From a virus (Duplodnaviria > Caudoviricetes): 43,856 nucleotides of DNA. The translations under genes were made by a program, and so were the position numbers. Below, one piece after another: positions 15,963 to 23,945 of this stretch (the stretch's first letter is position 1; the number at the start of each line of letters is the position of its first letter). The notes under the pieces are model-generated. The model was not told where the DNA came from. It made no database searches and worked only from the letters and a program-made list of their open reading frames with translations. Location of the stretch: positions 1 through 43,856 of the IMG/VR virus record IMGVR_UViG_3300049982_000052; one strand, 5' to 3'.

Positions 15963-17111
15963 ATGGCCCACGTCCGGCGGCTGAGGTCCGGGAAGTGGCA
16001 GGCGACGGTACGGCACCCTTCGGGACAGCGTTGGTCGAAGTCTGACCCGCTGAAGCGGGTGGTGCAGCAGTGGGCGGCCGATCAGGAGGCCGCGATCCGG
16101 CGTGGCGAGTTCGTGGATCCGTCAGCGGGGAAGCTGACGCTCACGGACTGGTGGGTGAAGTGGAACAAGACCCGCCGGATCGAGGCCGCGACCATGGACA
16201 AGAACGTGTCGTGGTGGCGTAACCACATCGAGCCCCGGTTCGGGTCTTGGCCGCTGTCGTCCCTGCAGAGCTGGGATATCGAGGAGTGGGTCACGGGCCT
16301 GACCGGGAGGGTGGGCGCGGAGACCGTAGCGTCGTCTCTGCGGCTGCTGACGCAGATGCTGTCTGCCGCGGTCAAGCACCGGCTGCTCGGGTCGAACCCT
16401 GCAGCGTTGGTGTCCGCGCCCACCCCGCCGAAGCACGTGGACCGGTTCCTCACCCGTGCCGAAGCCGACCAGCTGCTCGAGCAGTTCGACGGACAGGACC
16501 GGGTGTTCGTTGAGCTGCTGCTGTACTGCGGCCTCCGCTTCCAGGAGGCCGCAGGACTCAGGAGGTTCCGGGTTGACCTGCTACGCCGCCGGATCCAGAT
16601 CGCGAAGGTGCAGCCGCGCAGAGGCGCCGAGAAGAAGCCGAAGACGTCCGCCGGGACGAGGCAGGTGCCGTTGACCGACAGCCTCGTCATCCAGCTGTCA
16701 CAGCTGATCCCCGAACCGAACGACGAGTTGGTGTTCACCGCACCCCAGGCCGGCCGGATCCGGTACGACAACTGGATCCGCCGCGTCTGGTATCCCGCGC
16801 TGCGTGGAGCGCCTGCGGTCGAGGCCAAGCCTGCAGTGCGTGGCCGTGCCGCAACTCCAGCGGTCCCGGCTAGGCCAGGTGCGAATCTGGCAGCGCCAGA
16901 ACCGACCCCTCACGATCTGCGTCACACGTTCGGTTCGTGGCTAGGTGAGGCCGGTGTGCCACCTACGCAGATCGCGGCGTTGATGGGGCACGCCGGACTG
17001 CGGTCGGTCGAGCGGTACCTGCACGCGACGGAAGCACGGTTCGACCAGGCCAGGGTGGCGCTGGAGCGGCAGGAGAGCGGCGAAGCACCTTCCCATGGTG
17101 CAATGCCTTGA
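15963..17111 (+). CDS. int: Tyrosine integrase
   Basis: N-terminal arm-binding domain; GLRFQE (R), PKT (K), HDLRHT, LMGH and YLH catalytic motifs. Confidence 0.95.
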   Translation: MAHVRRLRSGKWQATVRHPSGQRWSKSDPLKRVVQQWAADQEAAIRRGEFVDPSAGKLTLTDWWVKWNKTRRIEAATMDKNVSWWRNHIEPRFGSWPLSSLQSWDIEEWVTGLTGRVGAETVASSLRLLTQMLSAAVKHRLLGSNPAALVSAPTPPKHVDRFLTRAEADQLLEQFDGQDRVFVELLLYCGLRFQEAAGLRRFRVDLLRRRIQIAKVQPRRGAEKKPKTSAGTRQVPLTDSLVIQLSQLIPEPNDELVFTAPQAGRIRYDNWIRRVWYPALRGAPAVEAKPAVRGRAATPAVPARPGANLAAPEPTPHDLRHTFGSWLGEAGVPPTQIAALMGHAGLRSVERYLHATEARFDQARVALERQESGEAPSHGAMP

Positions 17112-17303
17112 CACACTGTGACACAGCTGGCAGACTCAACCCAAGTCGAGAGGCTAGCGTGACCTGCAGGGTGATCTTCCCTTACAAGGAAGATGTCGGG
17201 GGTTCGATCCCCTCTTCGCCCACCTCAGGTTTCACGCTCAGATCCCTCTCGAACCACCAGTTCGGGAGGGATCTTTCACATGTCGGAGCGGCAGGAGAGC
17301 GGC
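17063..17303 (+). repeat. 19-bp direct repeat flanking attP (probable integrase arm-type sites)
   Basis: ggagcggcaggagagcggc at 17063-17081 and 17285-17303, each a tandem GAGCGGC with 11-bp period. Confidence 0.75.
17175..17224 (+). other. attP core: 3' half of tRNA-Val(TAC)
   Basis: Anticodon arm tcttcc-CTTACAA-ggaaga, T arm ggggg-TTCGATC-ccctc, acceptor 3' strand ttcgccc-acc. No 5' half upstream; lies immediately downstream of int. Confidence 0.88.
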
Positions 17304-17795
17304 AAGACGCTGCGGCAGTTGCGCGAACAGGCGCGGCTGAGTCAGGAGGATCTGGCCGCGAAGGCTCAGGTCTCGCGCGCCAGCATCCAGAACTGGGAGG
17401 CCAACCGCACCGCCCCACGTCGCGCTGAGATGAACCGCCTTGCATCGGCGCTGGGGCTGACGGATCTAGCGCTTCGGGCCCGCCTAGTGGAGAGCAATGA
17501 CGACGAGCCAGCGCGAGAGGCCAACTTCGCACGAAATCACCAGGCGCAGTATGTCGAGAAGATCGCCGCGAAGCTGCGGGACATGGCCGAAGAGGTCGAG
17601 CGAGCAGGAAGCCCCCGAGCTGACGGCACCCCATATCCGCCTGGCGTCATCGCGGGCAGGGTCTCGCACATCATCGCGTGGGGTGTCGCGAACCTGAACG
17701 TCGAGTCGCTGGTTACGAACATCGACGACATCTACGCGGTCGACGCACTCCTGGCCGAAGAAGCCACATCTACCGAGGGGGACACCCAAGCATGA
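17280..17795 (+). CDS. XRE-family HTH protein
   Basis: LRQLREQARLSQEDLAAKAQVSRASIQNWEANRTAP; GGGAGG RBS. Confidence 0.85.
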   Translation: MSERQESGKTLRQLREQARLSQEDLAAKAQVSRASIQNWEANRTAPRRAEMNRLASALGLTDLALRARLVESNDDEPAREANFARNHQAQYVEKIAAKLRDMAEEVERAGSPRADGTPYPPGVIAGRVSHIIAWGVANLNVESLVTNIDDIYAVDALLAEEATSTEGDTQA

Positions 17796-18376
17796 GCAAC
17801 CAGTACCCGAACCAGTTCCAACAGCCGGCACCTCAGTACACCCCGCCCAAGAAGAAGCGGCACGTCCTGCGCAACATCGGCATCGTCGTCGCCTCCCTGT
17901 TCGCCCTCTTGATCCTCGCCGCGATCGTCAGCCCGAACACGCCCGCCAAGGACGCAGCCACTCCGGCCGTGGTGAGGACGGTCGACACCGGCCCCACGCC
18001 GGACCCGGTCGTCACTCCGACGAACATCCCGACCGTCGTGGAACCCACCACGCCACCCAAGCCCCCGGCGCCGAAGGCCAAGCCGATGACGGCGAGCCAG
18101 GAGCAGGCGGTCGGCACCGCCGAGGACTACTTGCAAGGTCAGTCCTTCTCCCGGAAGGGGCTCATCGAGCAGCTCGTCTACGAGGGGTTCTCCGCGAAGG
18201 ACGCGACGTTCGGGGTCGACCACGTGAAGGTGAGCTGGAACGAGCAGGCGGTCGGGGCGGCGAAGGACTACCTGAACGGTCAGCACTTCTCGCGGTCCGG
18301 TCTGATCGAGCAGTTGGAGTACGAGGGCTTCACCCACAAGCAGGCTGTGTACGGCGTGACGAAGGCGGGGCTGTGA
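17792..18376 (+). CDS. Ltp-family membrane-anchored protein, putative superinfection exclusion
   Basis: TM helix, Pro/Thr linker, two Ltp repeats (EQAV..A.DYL....FSR.GLIEQL.YEGF). Confidence 0.85.
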   Translation: MSNQYPNQFQQPAPQYTPPKKKRHVLRNIGIVVASLFALLILAAIVSPNTPAKDAATPAVVRTVDTGPTPDPVVTPTNIPTVVEPTTPPKPPAPKAKPMTASQEQAVGTAEDYLQGQSFSRKGLIEQLVYEGFSAKDATFGVDHVKVSWNEQAVGAAKDYLNGQHFSRSGLIEQLEYEGFTHKQAVYGVTKAGL

Positions 18377-18606
18377 TGGAGACCCGCGAACCGGCGACGT
18401 TGGAGATCAAGCCTCTCGGGACCCCCGCCAGGGACCTGCCGTTCGGCATGGCCTATGACGTGTGCCGAGTGCTGAAGGCGTACGGGCTTGACGTCCTCGA
18501 CGAGTCACTGGAAGGGCAGGGGATGGCCGAGGTTCAGTTGGCTCTGGTGAAGGTGATCCAGGCTGTGCCGCCGCAGCTGGGTGGGCGGAAAGGTGAAGCG
18601 TCATGA
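18376..18606 (+). CDS. Hypothetical protein
   Basis: Coupled ORF. Confidence 0.55.
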   Translation: METREPATLEIKPLGTPARDLPFGMAYDVCRVLKAYGLDVLDESLEGQGMAEVQLALVKVIQAVPPQLGGRKGEAS

Positions 18607-18770
18607 GCCTTGATCGTGCTGCTGTCGACGCGGCTCTGCGGCGGGTTGTGGAGTTCCTGGACTACGACCTGCATAAGCAGCTGGAGTGCGACGAGGAGAC
18701 CGGTGAGGACACTTACGGTGAGCATGTGGACCGGTTCACCGAAGAGTACGTGAAGGCGGTGCAGTCATGA
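18603..18770 (+). CDS. Small acidic hypothetical protein (55 aa)
   Basis: Manual translation MSLDRAAVDAAL...KAVQS; ATGA-coupled at both ends. Confidence 0.55.
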   Translation: MSLDRAAVDAALRRVVEFLDYDLHKQLECDEETGEDTYGEHVDRFTEEYVKAVQS

Positions 18771-19339
18771 GCGACCAGTCCCTACGGGAGGCGCTGGAGC
18801 GGATCTGCGACGACTACTCCGCGATCGACATCGAGATGCTGCGGGACCTGCTCGCTGCGTATCCCGTTGTGCCCGCTTCGGATTGTCTTCATGTCTGCGA
18901 GCACCTGTACGAGAGCGAGTGCACCGATCAACCGCGCCCTTGCCGGACGCGTGAGGAGTTGGACCGGGACTTGGGTCCTATCGAGCCCACCATGGACCGG
19001 CAGCCCTCGGATGCTGCGGTAGAAGCGGCAGCGCGGGGGATGTTGGATGCGGTTGTCTCCGACGACCCGGAGGCATATCAGTCCTGGGACGAGATGTCAC
19101 AAGAAGCCCGAGACCTGTCACTGGTTGCCGGTCGCGCAGCTCTGGTGGCTGCGTACCGTGTGGACGCACCCCGACCCAGCATCGATCGGGTAGCGGTCGA
19201 GCGCACGTTGCGGGATCGGCTCGTACGGTCGAACTTCAGCGACAACCTGCATGAGCCGTTGCGTACTCAGGTGATCGACCAGTGGGTCGACGTTCTCGCT
19301 GGGCCTGTCCACGCTCTGCTGAACGGAGACGGGTCGTGA
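18767..19339 (+). CDS. Hypothetical protein
   Basis: ATGA/GTGA-coupled ORF. Confidence 0.6.
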   Translation: MSDQSLREALERICDDYSAIDIEMLRDLLAAYPVVPASDCLHVCEHLYESECTDQPRPCRTREELDRDLGPIEPTMDRQPSDAAVEAAARGMLDAVVSDDPEAYQSWDEMSQEARDLSLVAGRAALVAAYRVDAPRPSIDRVAVERTLRDRLVRSNFSDNLHEPLRTQVIDQWVDVLAGPVHALLNGDGS

Positions 19340-19995
19340 CCCGCCTGCGTGTGGCTCTGGTGGCTGTCCTCGCGACTGTGTCTCTGTGGCTCCCTACGCC
19401 TGCTGGGGCGGACTACGGGTCCGGTGTGGCCGGTGGACCGGTCGGTACCCCGGTGGTGTCCACGGTCCCGTACACAGCGATCAGTGACGTGCTGCTGGTG
19501 GGTGACTCGATCTCGGTGCGTGGCTACAAGGACCTCGCTGCCTACCTGCCGGGGAAGCGGCTGGCGGTGAACGCCTGGTCCGGACGCGGCACGAAAGCGT
19601 CCGTGGACGCGGTCCTCAGCATGCCCTACCTGCCTCCGGTGCTGGTGATGGCGGTGGGCAGCAATGACGTGATGGCACCGTTCGAGATGGCGGCGCAGGT
19701 GAAACGGCTGCTCGCCGGCGTTCCGGGTTCGGTGAAGGTGTTCTGGGTGGATGTGCAGGTGAGCCGTCCCGGGTTCGCGGTGGCGGACCAACGCAATTCT
19801 GGGGTCGTGAACATGGCGGTCTGGCAGGGGTGTACCGGTAGGTGCAGTGTGGTGTCGTGGGCGTCGTTCCTGGCCGCGAAGCCTTCCCGTCTCACCATGT
19901 ACCTGGATGCGGGTGGTGTGCATCCGGTCATGGGGGTGGGGACGAAGGCTTGGGGTTGCCTGATCGCCAGTGCGGTACGCACGGCGGTAGGCTGA
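19336..19995 (+). CDS. Secreted SGNH/GDSL-family hydrolase
   Basis: Signal peptide, then block I GDSI, block II SGRG, block III GSND and block V D..GVHP. Confidence 0.85.
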   Translation: MTRLRVALVAVLATVSLWLPTPAGADYGSGVAGGPVGTPVVSTVPYTAISDVLLVGDSISVRGYKDLAAYLPGKRLAVNAWSGRGTKASVDAVLSMPYLPPVLVMAVGSNDVMAPFEMAAQVKRLLAGVPGSVKVFWVDVQVSRPGFAVADQRNSGVVNMAVWQGCTGRCSVVSWASFLAAKPSRLTMYLDAGGVHPVMGVGTKAWGCLIASAVRTAVG

Positions 19996-20060
19996 CACAA
20001 AGAAGAGCCGCCCGCCCCGAGCGACCGGGACGAGCGGCGAGCCGACTGATTGGAGTCGAC

Positions 20061-20261
20061 ATGGAGAACGTTAGCAACATTGCCGAGGAACCTGAGCGTG
20101 GCGAGTGGGTCTATGTGACCACCGAGACGCCGCCACGGGTCATGAGGGTCGATCTGCCGTTTGGGCTGATCGCGCCGCCCACGATCGATCTGCACCAGCC
20201 CACGGTGGGACCGGTGACGTTCTACCACGCGTCCAGCTACGGGCTGAGGGTCCCGCGATGA
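20061..20261 (+). CDS. Hypothetical protein
   Basis: GGAG RBS; coupled to the next gene. Confidence 0.55.
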   Translation: MENVSNIAEEPERGEWVYVTTETPPRVMRVDLPFGLIAPPTIDLHQPTVGPVTFYHASSYGLRVPR

Positions 20262-20626
20262 CTGAGCAGCAGACGGTTGACCTAGTAGCCTGGCTCACCG
20301 CGATCTGGGATGAGGAAGAGCGGATAGGGAAGAGCGCCGATTGGGGCGTCCGCAGCGGCAGTGAGCTGCGGGTGCAGACGATCAGCTCGCCGGGGATCGC
20401 GCCTGGAGTCTGCGCTTCGCCGCAGCACGTGCTGGCGCGGATCGCGGCCGACCGGAAGATCCTCGAACTGCACAGCCCTGTGACCGAAGGCGAGATCCTG
20501 TGCGCCACGTGCGCCACGCGTATCGTCGCTGCGGAACTTGCCGCTGATCCCTGGCCTTGTCCCACGGTTCGCCTGCTCGCTTCCCCGTACAAGGGGAGAG
20601 AGGGATGGCAGGAGGAGTGGGAATGA
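20258..20626 (+). CDS. DUF6221-like hypothetical protein
   Basis: DLVAWL...DEEE..P..VLA.IAA.R.IL.LH..PCPTVRLLA.PY...GWQEEW pattern. Confidence 0.75.
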   Translation: MTEQQTVDLVAWLTAIWDEEERIGKSADWGVRSGSELRVQTISSPGIAPGVCASPQHVLARIAADRKILELHSPVTEGEILCATCATRIVAAELAADPWPCPTVRLLASPYKGREGWQEEWE

Positions 20627-20841
20627 AGTCAGCAGACATCGACGATCAGCATGTCATCGATCTCGCACAGGCTTGGCACGACAACCCACTGGCGAACCCT
20701 GGCGTCGTGCAGGCTCTCGTGCAAGAGGGCGTTCCCAAGAAGTTGGCGTTCTCCAAGGTCGAGCGGCTGAGTTCCCGAGGGTTCCTGGACTACGGCGTCT
20801 CTCCAAGTTGCGCTTGGCCAACGGGGAAGAAGCTCCCATGA
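20623..20841 (+). CDS. Hypothetical protein
   Basis: ATGA-coupled ORF. Confidence 0.6.
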   Translation: MKSADIDDQHVIDLAQAWHDNPLANPGVVQALVQEGVPKKLAFSKVERLSSRGFLDYGVSPSCAWPTGKKLP

Positions 20842-21074
20842 CCAAGCCGCTACCTGGCTACGCGACCCCGTCTCTTCGGAAGCGGGACAGTCCTGAGGGT
20901 GCTGTGTGGGTGGTCCACGCCTACCCGTGGGGCGGGTACGTGGGATGGGTACAGCAACACCCCTCCGGGTGGACAGCGCACAATGGCGATGTGACGCACG
21001 GGTTGTTCCCGGACAGGCAGGCTGCTGCTGAGGTACTGGTGAAACAAGCAGGCTACGAACTGGAGATGACATGA
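20838..21074 (+). CDS. Hypothetical protein
   Basis: ATGA-coupled ORF. Confidence 0.6.
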   Translation: MTKPLPGYATPSLRKRDSPEGAVWVVHAYPWGGYVGWVQQHPSGWTAHNGDVTHGLFPDRQAAAEVLVKQAGYELEMT

Positions 21075-21244
21075 GCGCCAAGCCAGGCACAGAAGAGTGG
21101 TTCCGGGAGGCCGGTGCTGCCGCCGGTAAGGCCATCGGCGAGGCGATGACCAAGGCTCACGAGGCAGCGCTGGAGCAAGCCAGACTGACCGGTCAGACCA
21201 TGGCGCGGGCCTTCGCCGCGTGGGGCAAGAAGGTGGAGCAGTGA
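21071..21244 (+). CDS. Small hypothetical protein
   Basis: MSAKPGTEEWFREAG...; ATGA-coupled. Confidence 0.5.
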   Translation: MSAKPGTEEWFREAGAAAGKAIGEAMTKAHEAALEQARLTGQTMARAFAAWGKKVEQ

Positions 21245-21275
21245 GCCGCCCCGGTGTCGAGTGGAAGGTGTCGTG

Positions 21276-21467
21276 ATGGCCGGCGACCCGAAGTTCCACA
21301 AGGTCCACGTGGAGCGGGTGCGTTCCCCCGAGTACGGCGACGGGACCGTGGTCGCTGACCTTGGCCCTATCGGGGTGCAGATCATGTGGGACCGGATGGA
21401 AGGGGCCGTGGGGCGGCAACTGTTGACCCATGACCGTTCGTTCGTGGAGAGACTGGAGCGCATCTGA
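21276..21467 (+). CDS. Hypothetical protein
   Basis: ORF with RBS; TGATG-coupled to the next gene. Confidence 0.55.
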   Translation: MAGDPKFHKVHVERVRSPEYGDGTVVADLGPIGVQIMWDRMEGAVGRQLLTHDRSFVERLERI

Positions 21468-21679
21468 TGGACGAGCTCAGTGAGACGGAGAAGGCTGCGG
21501 CGCTGGACGACCTCGTGCAAGCGTTCTGCGAGGAGTGGTGGGATTTCCAGGGTGAGACATGGCTTGTGCTAGACGGGTCCGTTGAGCTCTCGCCTGAGAC
21601 GGCGAGGGTGCTATCGGCGATGTTCCGTGAAGCGCGCGGCAAGGTCGACCCGGAGTGGCTCCGCATGGAGCGTGCCTAA
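21467..21679 (+). CDS. Hypothetical protein
   Basis: Coupled ORF; last rightward gene. Confidence 0.55.
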   Translation: MDELSETEKAAALDDLVQAFCEEWWDFQGETWLVLDGSVELSPETARVLSAMFREARGKVDPEWLRMERA

Positions 21680-21776
21680 GTTTCGCCTCCCTGGTGGGTC
21701 TCTGACCTATCCCCGGTTCCCCCTGATGCTTCGTGCCCAGTGGGGGACCACTCGCACCGGGAAGCCAGGGAACGCG

Positions 21777-21816
21777 AAAAGACCCCGCCACCTTCTCGGT
21801 GGCGGGGTCACTCTTG
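21777..21816. terminator. Intrinsic terminator between convergent transcripts
   Basis: Perfect 12-bp stem gaccccgccacc/ggtggcggggtc (21781-21809), with a U4 tail on the - strand and a weaker T-rich tail on the + strand. Confidence 0.85.
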
Positions 21817-21825
21817 TCACGGGTA

Positions 21826-21924
21826 CTACTTGCCGTCCTGGCCGGTCTCCTGCTCGGTGCCCTCGTTCGGCAGGTTCGGGTCCGTGGGCTGGGGCGTCTC
21901 GGGTACCGGGTTCGTGGTGCTCAT
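21826..21924 (-). CDS. Small Pro/Thr/Glu-rich peptide (32 aa)
   Basis: AAGGAG RBS; MSTTNPVPETPQPTDPNLPNEGTEQETGQDGK. Confidence 0.45.
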   Translation of the reverse strand: MSTTNPVPETPQPTDPNLPNEGTEQETGQDGK

Positions 21925-21964
21925 GCCAACTCCTTCGTAGGGGGATGCCAGCCCGGTACCCACG

Positions 21965-22366
21965 TCAGCGGGCGTACATCTCTCGCGTCAGCGAATCGAA
22001 GTAGGCCGTATCGATCGCACCCTGGCTCACGATCCGAAGGTCGCTGGCGACGGACTCCCAGCCGAGCATGATTGCGATCGAGCCTCCGGGGATGTCGACA
22101 GCTAGCCAGTCCTGCGTGCGCCCGACCTCGTTTAGGACCGCGTCGCCCATCGCGCGCTGGTAGGAAACCAGGCGCTGCATTGGCGTGTTGAAGAGTGGCT
22201 CACCGAGCGAGAGCCATGCCATCGGCCAGGTGTCGACGAAGCTGCCGCCGTTCACTGTCGCGATTGGTACGGCGGTCCCGGCGGGGGCGATGAATCTGAA
22301 GCCTACGTTCTCGACTTCGCCGAAGGCCTGCCGTTGCAGCTCGTCCCAGTTGCTATCGTTCGTCAT
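21965..22366 (-). CDS. Hypothetical protein behind a PafBC-type promoter
   Basis: 133-aa ORF with AGGAG RBS. Confidence 0.65.
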   Translation of the reverse strand: MTNDSNWDELQRQAFGEVENVGFRFIAPAGTAVPIATVNGGSFVDTWPMAWLSLGEPLFNTPMQRLVSYQRAMGDAVLNEVGRTQDWLAVDIPGGSIAIMLGWESVASDLRIVSQGAIDTAYFDSLTREMYAR

Positions 22367-22428
22367 GTCGGCTCCTAGCTAGCTGGCCAGTCCCCGGCGG
22401 CTACCACCGTGCGGGGACACTTCCATTC

Positions 22429-22451
22429 AGGCTACCTCAAGCCACCGACAA
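22429..22451 (-). promoter_or_regulatory. PafBC/RecA-NDp-type DNA-damage-inducible promoter
   Basis: TTGTCGGTG-GCTTGAGG-TAGCCT matches the consensus tTGTCRgtg-N8-TAnnnT; intergenic and correctly oriented. Confidence 0.7.
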
Positions 22452-22460
22452 TCTTCGCTG

Positions 22461-22697
22461 TCAGACAACGTCCTTCGGCTTGTTCTCTACCCGGTACACC
22501 GTGGCAGCCAGCACCCCACCCGTAGCAGCGGCAGCCACCAGCGCGATCAGGCCACCGTGCAGCCACTCCGTACCCGAGATGCCGTCACCGTCCACCGTCA
22601 GCAGGTACGTGGCACCCGGTGCGAGCAGACCCGCGACAGCGCCGATGACACCCGCAGCCTTCGCCTTCGTTGCCTGGAGCATGTCTCCCGTAGCCAT
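22461..22697 (-). CDS. Holin
   Basis: 78 aa, two TM segments, KA..G and VY.VEN.P ends; directly after the lysin. Confidence 0.75.
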   Translation of the reverse strand: MATGDMLQATKAKAAGVIGAVAGLLAPGATYLLTVDGDGISGTEWLHGGLIALVAAAATGGVLAATVYRVENKPKDVV

Positions 22698-22706
22698 AAC
22701 GCTCTC

Positions 22707-23230
22707 CTATCGTGTGCTCGAGATGCCGTCAGGCACCGAGCCAGTCAGGTACTTCAACGCGGCAGCGAACGAAGCCGTGCGCCGCTTGTCTTCGGACCCG
22801 TCCCCCAGCGGGTAGCCGATCGCCTTACAGACCTTGCCCATCTGCAGGGCGTCAGCCATGGGGTTGCACTTACGTGCCACGGTCCAGTACCAGCGGGCGA
22901 TCTTCGCCGACCAGTCCAGCGACAGCGCCAGGTCCGGATCGAGCGCCAGATCGGCGTTCAGGTACGCGCCGGCCGCTACGTAGTTCGCGGAGCCCGTGAG
23001 TTGGATGTAGCCACGTCCCGCGTACTCGGCGGTGGCTCCACGCTGCTTCACGTTGTAGAGGAACGCTGACTCGTGAGCCAGTGTCGCGAGGAACGCCGCC
23101 ACTCTGCGGTGGGTGTTGATCTCCGCCGAGTTCATCTGCTCCAGCAGGCTCGGGAGGCCCTCGGCAACCACGGCCGGGTCACCGACGCGGCCGGGGAACA
23201 TGGCCTGCAGGTCAGCGACCGTCAGGCTTT
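22707..23230 (-). CDS. GH19 (chitinase/lysozyme-like) endolysin domain, probably expressed as a -1 frameshift extension of the upstream lysin
   Basis: AAFLATLAHES, YAGRGYIQLTG.ANY and A.WYW motifs. The only nearby in-frame start (ATG 23201) lacks a clear RBS. Confidence 0.85.
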
Positions 23231-23944
23231 TGGGGCAGCCACCAACTCGTCGACCTTCGCCTTCAAGGCCGCCACGTCCGCGTCGTTGGCCTGATCGAGC
23301 TGGGAGATGAACGCGTTCACCGCGTTGGCGTACTTCTCGTCCAGCGTCTCCACCTGCCCGAGCGCGCCGGCGAGCTGCTGGGTGAGGTTCTTGGCGTTGA
23401 ACGAGGAGTAGCTCTGCACCACCGGGGTCATCTTGGCGACGACCGCGTTGACGATCTTGTCGATGTCGGACTGCTGCACGTCGTCCTCCGTGAGTAGATG
23501 CGGGTAGGTCTTGGCGTACTTCTCCCAGGTCCACGAGACCCAGGTGCGGGGGCCGTTGTCCGGTCCGTTGTTGGCCAGACCGTTGCGTCCGGCCTTGTAG
23601 TCGGCGACCTGGTCCTTGGCACCACGGGAGAGGTCGGGACAGCCGATGGCGATGCAGTGGATGTGCTCTGGCCAGACGTTCTTGATTTCCAAGCGGTGCC
23701 ACGCAGCGAAGCCGACCTTGCGGAGGATGCTCACCGCCTCACCGACCTGCGCCGCAGTCAGCGTCTTGGCGCGGATGTCTACCGCACCACCGCCGTCGTG
23801 GGTGCCCGCCGATGCCGCCACGGCACCGTTGTTGTAGCAGCCCTGAGTGATCTCCAGGGGGGCGTCGCAAACGACGCGCGCTGCTACCACCATGTCACGA
23901 GTGCGGGCATCCATGGTGTGGCCTTCGAACACGACTCTCGTCAC
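23222..23944 (-). CDS. Endolysin, M15/LAS-type Zn peptidase with a helical C-terminal region
   Basis: SAGTHDGGGAVD, GFAAWHR and EHIH motifs; GGGAGG RBS before GTG 23944. Confidence 0.85.
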   Translation of the reverse strand: MTRVVFEGHTMDARTRDMVVAARVVCDAPLEITQGCYNNGAVAASAGTHDGGGAVDIRAKTLTAAQVGEAVSILRKVGFAAWHRLEIKNVWPEHIHCIAIGCPDLSRGAKDQVADYKAGRNGLANNGPDNGPRTWVSWTWEKYAKTYPHLLTEDDVQQSDIDKIVNAVVAKMTPVVQSYSSFNAKNLTQQLAGALGQVETLDEKYANAVNAFISQLDQANDADVAALKAKVDELVAAPKA

Positions 23945-23945
23945 G

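Noticed and set aside
17140-17224. Intact tRNA-Val gene
   Set aside because: Only the anticodon arm to the acceptor 3' strand is present. There is no matching 5' acceptor strand or D arm, so it is an attP core.
17193-17279. HTH gene starting inside attP (integration-dependent immunity type)
   Set aside because: ATG 17280 has a good RBS and directly precedes the HTH fold; the extension is tRNA-derived sequence.
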